Source of the DNA: an uncultured Enterococcus sp. | GTDB taxonomy: Bacteria > Bacillota > Bacilli > Lactobacillales > Enterococcaceae | Assembly: GCF_913775425.1 (NCBI RefSeq) | Contig: NZ_CAJYIS010000039.1 | Coordinates: 754 to 64,753 of the forward strand | Direction of reading: 5' to 3' | DNA length: 64,000 nt | Shown: positions 60,481 to 64,000 of the stretch, piece after piece | Position numbering within the stretch: the first letter of the stretch is position 1 | Layout of the letters: each line of letters opens with the position of its first letter | Made by a program: the position numbers and the translations under genes | The notes under the pieces: model-generated | What the model was told of the DNA's origin: nothing | The model's database searches: none | Seen by the model: the letters and a program-made list of their open reading frames with translations, nothing else

Positions 60481-62316
60481 TTAATTTCCTTCTTTCTTCA
60501 AATGAATCAAATCAGATTCATCGATCGTTTGTTGTAATTCCATGGTATAGCGATTTTTCGTTTCAGTATCCCATTCAAAATATTCTGCCATCGCTTCTAT
60601 GATCGGATGTTTGACTTCGTCCAATGTTTCGCGTTGGAACCATAAGTGATTGGTACGACGCACAAGATAATCAGCAGGCGTTAAGACCATTTCATGTTCT
60701 AAACCATAATATAGACTGATTGCTTCAGCAAGTGAAAGGTCGGCTGTTTTAAAGAGTGGTTGTTGTGTAATATAAGAAAATACTGTTTTTGCATTCGTAC
60801 CGTAAAAATCAGCGATATAATGTGCTTGTTCTTTTGGTAATCCTTTTTCGATCCCAATTTGCGCTAAACGATCAATCTCGGATTTGACTTGTGTTGCATC
60901 AAAATCCCCACCGGATACCGGATAATTTGCTGAATCAACGATTTCGATTGTACGATGTTGATTTGTTTCAAATAATTCACACAACAAATTTAATGCACCC
61001 AAAGCCATTTTACGATAGTCCGTGATCTTTCCACCTGCTAAGGTGATCAAACCATCTGCTTCACGTTCTAATTTACTGCCTCGTGATACGGTCGAAGGAG
61101 CTTTTTCTGCTCGATTCATTTCGAGATTTTTCAAGACACGTTCGACATCACTTCTAGTCATTTGATCTGATTTAAATTCCGAAACCGCATCCAAAACTTT
61201 TTGGAAACTACGATCAGAAATCGAGCCATTGTCTCCGCCATTGTAATCAGAACCTGAATTATCAGATAACAACGGGCGCAATCCGACCCAGCTAGATTCT
61301 ACATCTGCTAGTGTAATATTGGCTTTTGGATAACGGTAATTGATGACTTCTAATAAATAGTCGACATCTTTTTGTGTGATTTCTGGATGAGCATAATCGC
61401 CAGTATAATCCGTATCTGTCGTTCCAAAATAGGTTTTATTCTCACGTGGAATCGCAAAAACCATCCGTCCATCTTGTTTTCCTGTATCAAAATAAGTTGG
61501 TTGTGGAACGGGTAAACGCTTACTATCAATGACTAAGTGAACACCTTTAGTTGGACGCATTTGCGGTACAACTGCACGTTTGAAATTCAATTGACGGATT
61601 TTATCGACCCAAGGACCCGTTGTGTTGACAACATAAGTCGCTTTGATTTCAATTGTTTGCCCAGTTAACTCATCGCGTGCTTTGACGCCAATGATTTGAT
61701 CCTCATTATAAAGAAAACCTGTTACTTTAACTTTGCTAACAGCTAAAGCGCCATCAGCAACAGCTTGCTTGATATTATCGATAACTAACCGTGCATCATT
61801 GTTGCGGTAATCTAAATAGACTCCTGCTCCTTGTAGGCCTTCAGATTTCAAGTAAGGTTCCCGTTCTAGCACTTCTTCTTTTGTCAAAGTATAGTTGGCA
61901 TATTCACTACCTGTGACGTTGGCTAATTGATCATAAAGGTCCATGGCGACTTTGACAGAAAACATGTCAAACGTAGTCGTCCCTTCATCATCATAAATTG
62001 GCAATAGCATTGGATCAGCTTTGGGAATGTGCGGTGCGATCTGTTGCAGTACTGCACGTTCACTCACTGTATCCGAAACTACTTCGACATCAAATGTTTT
62101 TAAATAACGAATCCCACCATGAACGAGCTTAGTCGAGCGAGAAGACGTTCCTTCAGCAAAATCTTGCATTTCCAATAATCCTGTTTTGATTCCAGAAGCT
62201 GCGGTCTGTAAAGCCAGACCCGCTCCTGTGATTCCACCACCGATGATCAAGACATCTAACGGTGTTTGTTGCATTTCTTCAAGCATTTCTTGACGTTGTT
62301 TAATTGAAAAACTCAT
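60481..62316 (-). CDS. glpO: Alpha-glycerophosphate oxidase
   Basis: IGGGITGAG, GTSSRSTKLVHGGIRYL, GGKITDYR. Start corrected to ATG 62316 behind AAGGAG. Confidence 0.95.
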   Translation of the reverse strand: MSFSIKQRQEMLEEMQQTPLDVLIIGGGITGAGLALQTAASGIKTGLLEMQDFAEGTSSRSTKLVHGGIRYLKTFDVEVVSDTVSERAVLQQIAPHIPKADPMLLPIYDDEGTTTFDMFSVKVAMDLYDQLANVTGSEYANYTLTKEEVLEREPYLKSEGLQGAGVYLDYRNNDARLVIDNIKQAVADGALAVSKVKVTGFLYNEDQIIGVKARDELTGQTIEIKATYVVNTTGPWVDKIRQLNFKRAVVPQMRPTKGVHLVIDSKRLPVPQPTYFDTGKQDGRMVFAIPRENKTYFGTTDTDYTGDYAHPEITQKDVDYLLEVINYRYPKANITLADVESSWVGLRPLLSDNSGSDYNGGDNGSISDRSFQKVLDAVSEFKSDQMTRSDVERVLKNLEMNRAEKAPSTVSRGSKLEREADGLITLAGGKITDYRKMALGALNLLCELFETNQHRTIEIVDSANYPVSGGDFDATQVKSEIDRLAQIGIEKGLPKEQAHYIADFYGTNAKTVFSYITQQPLFKTADLSLAEAISLYYGLEHEMVLTPADYLVRRTNHLWFQRETLDEVKHPIIEAMAEYFEWDTETKNRYTMELQQTIDESDLIHLKKEGN

Positions 62317-62329
62317 GCCTATCATCTCC

Positions 62330-63865
<1,536 letters not shown>

Positions 63866-63958
63866 CTATATGATCATCTTACTGTAAATTCTACGTGATA
63901 CACCATCAAAATAAAACGAATTTCATTATTTTTTGACAGTTTTAATAACTGACGTCAT

Positions 63959-63993
63959 AAAAAAAGCCCCTGATTCGTTGAAATCAAGGGGTT
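63959..63993. terminator. Probable terminator of a gene outside the window
   Basis: AAGCCCCTGATT-CGTTGA-AATCAAGGGGTTT. Confidence 0.55.
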
Positions 63994-64000
63994 TAACTGC

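Overview
64-kb chromosomal segment of a low-GC Firmicute, most likely an Enterococcus (genus inferred from glpKOF with glpO, a gluconate-type PTS operon, a cst persulfide locus and tatD-rnmV-rsmA). No rRNA, tRNA, CRISPR, prophage or transposase was found. Main blocks: (i) a 9-gene beta-1,2-glucan (sophorooligosaccharide) utilisation operon, 19778->7539, with an ABC importer, DUF624 protein, CE7 esterase, EEP phosphoesterase, GH3 glucosidase interrupted by an in-frame TAA, GH94 1,2-beta-oligoglucan phosphorylase and LacI; (ii) THF-riboswitch folT and NiaR-box niaX; (iii) a Mn ABC importer with permease fused to binding protein; (iv) metE-metF and a Weissella-type FemX; (v) a gluconate-type PTS/gnd/uxuA/eda operon; (vi) two secreted DUF5648-repeat proteins; (vii) cstR-rhodanese-CoA persulfide reductase; (viii) a beta-glucoside PTS with a GH1 interrupted by an in-frame TAG; (ix) glpKOF. 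A ~160-bp structured intergenic repeat occurs three times with compensatory base changes, plus three hairpin-only relatives. The leading hypothesis is that the beta-1,2-glucan operon encodes enzymes that strip phosphoglycerol and acyl substituents from Gram-negative periplasmic glucans. All family assignments come from motif recognition; no database searches were run.
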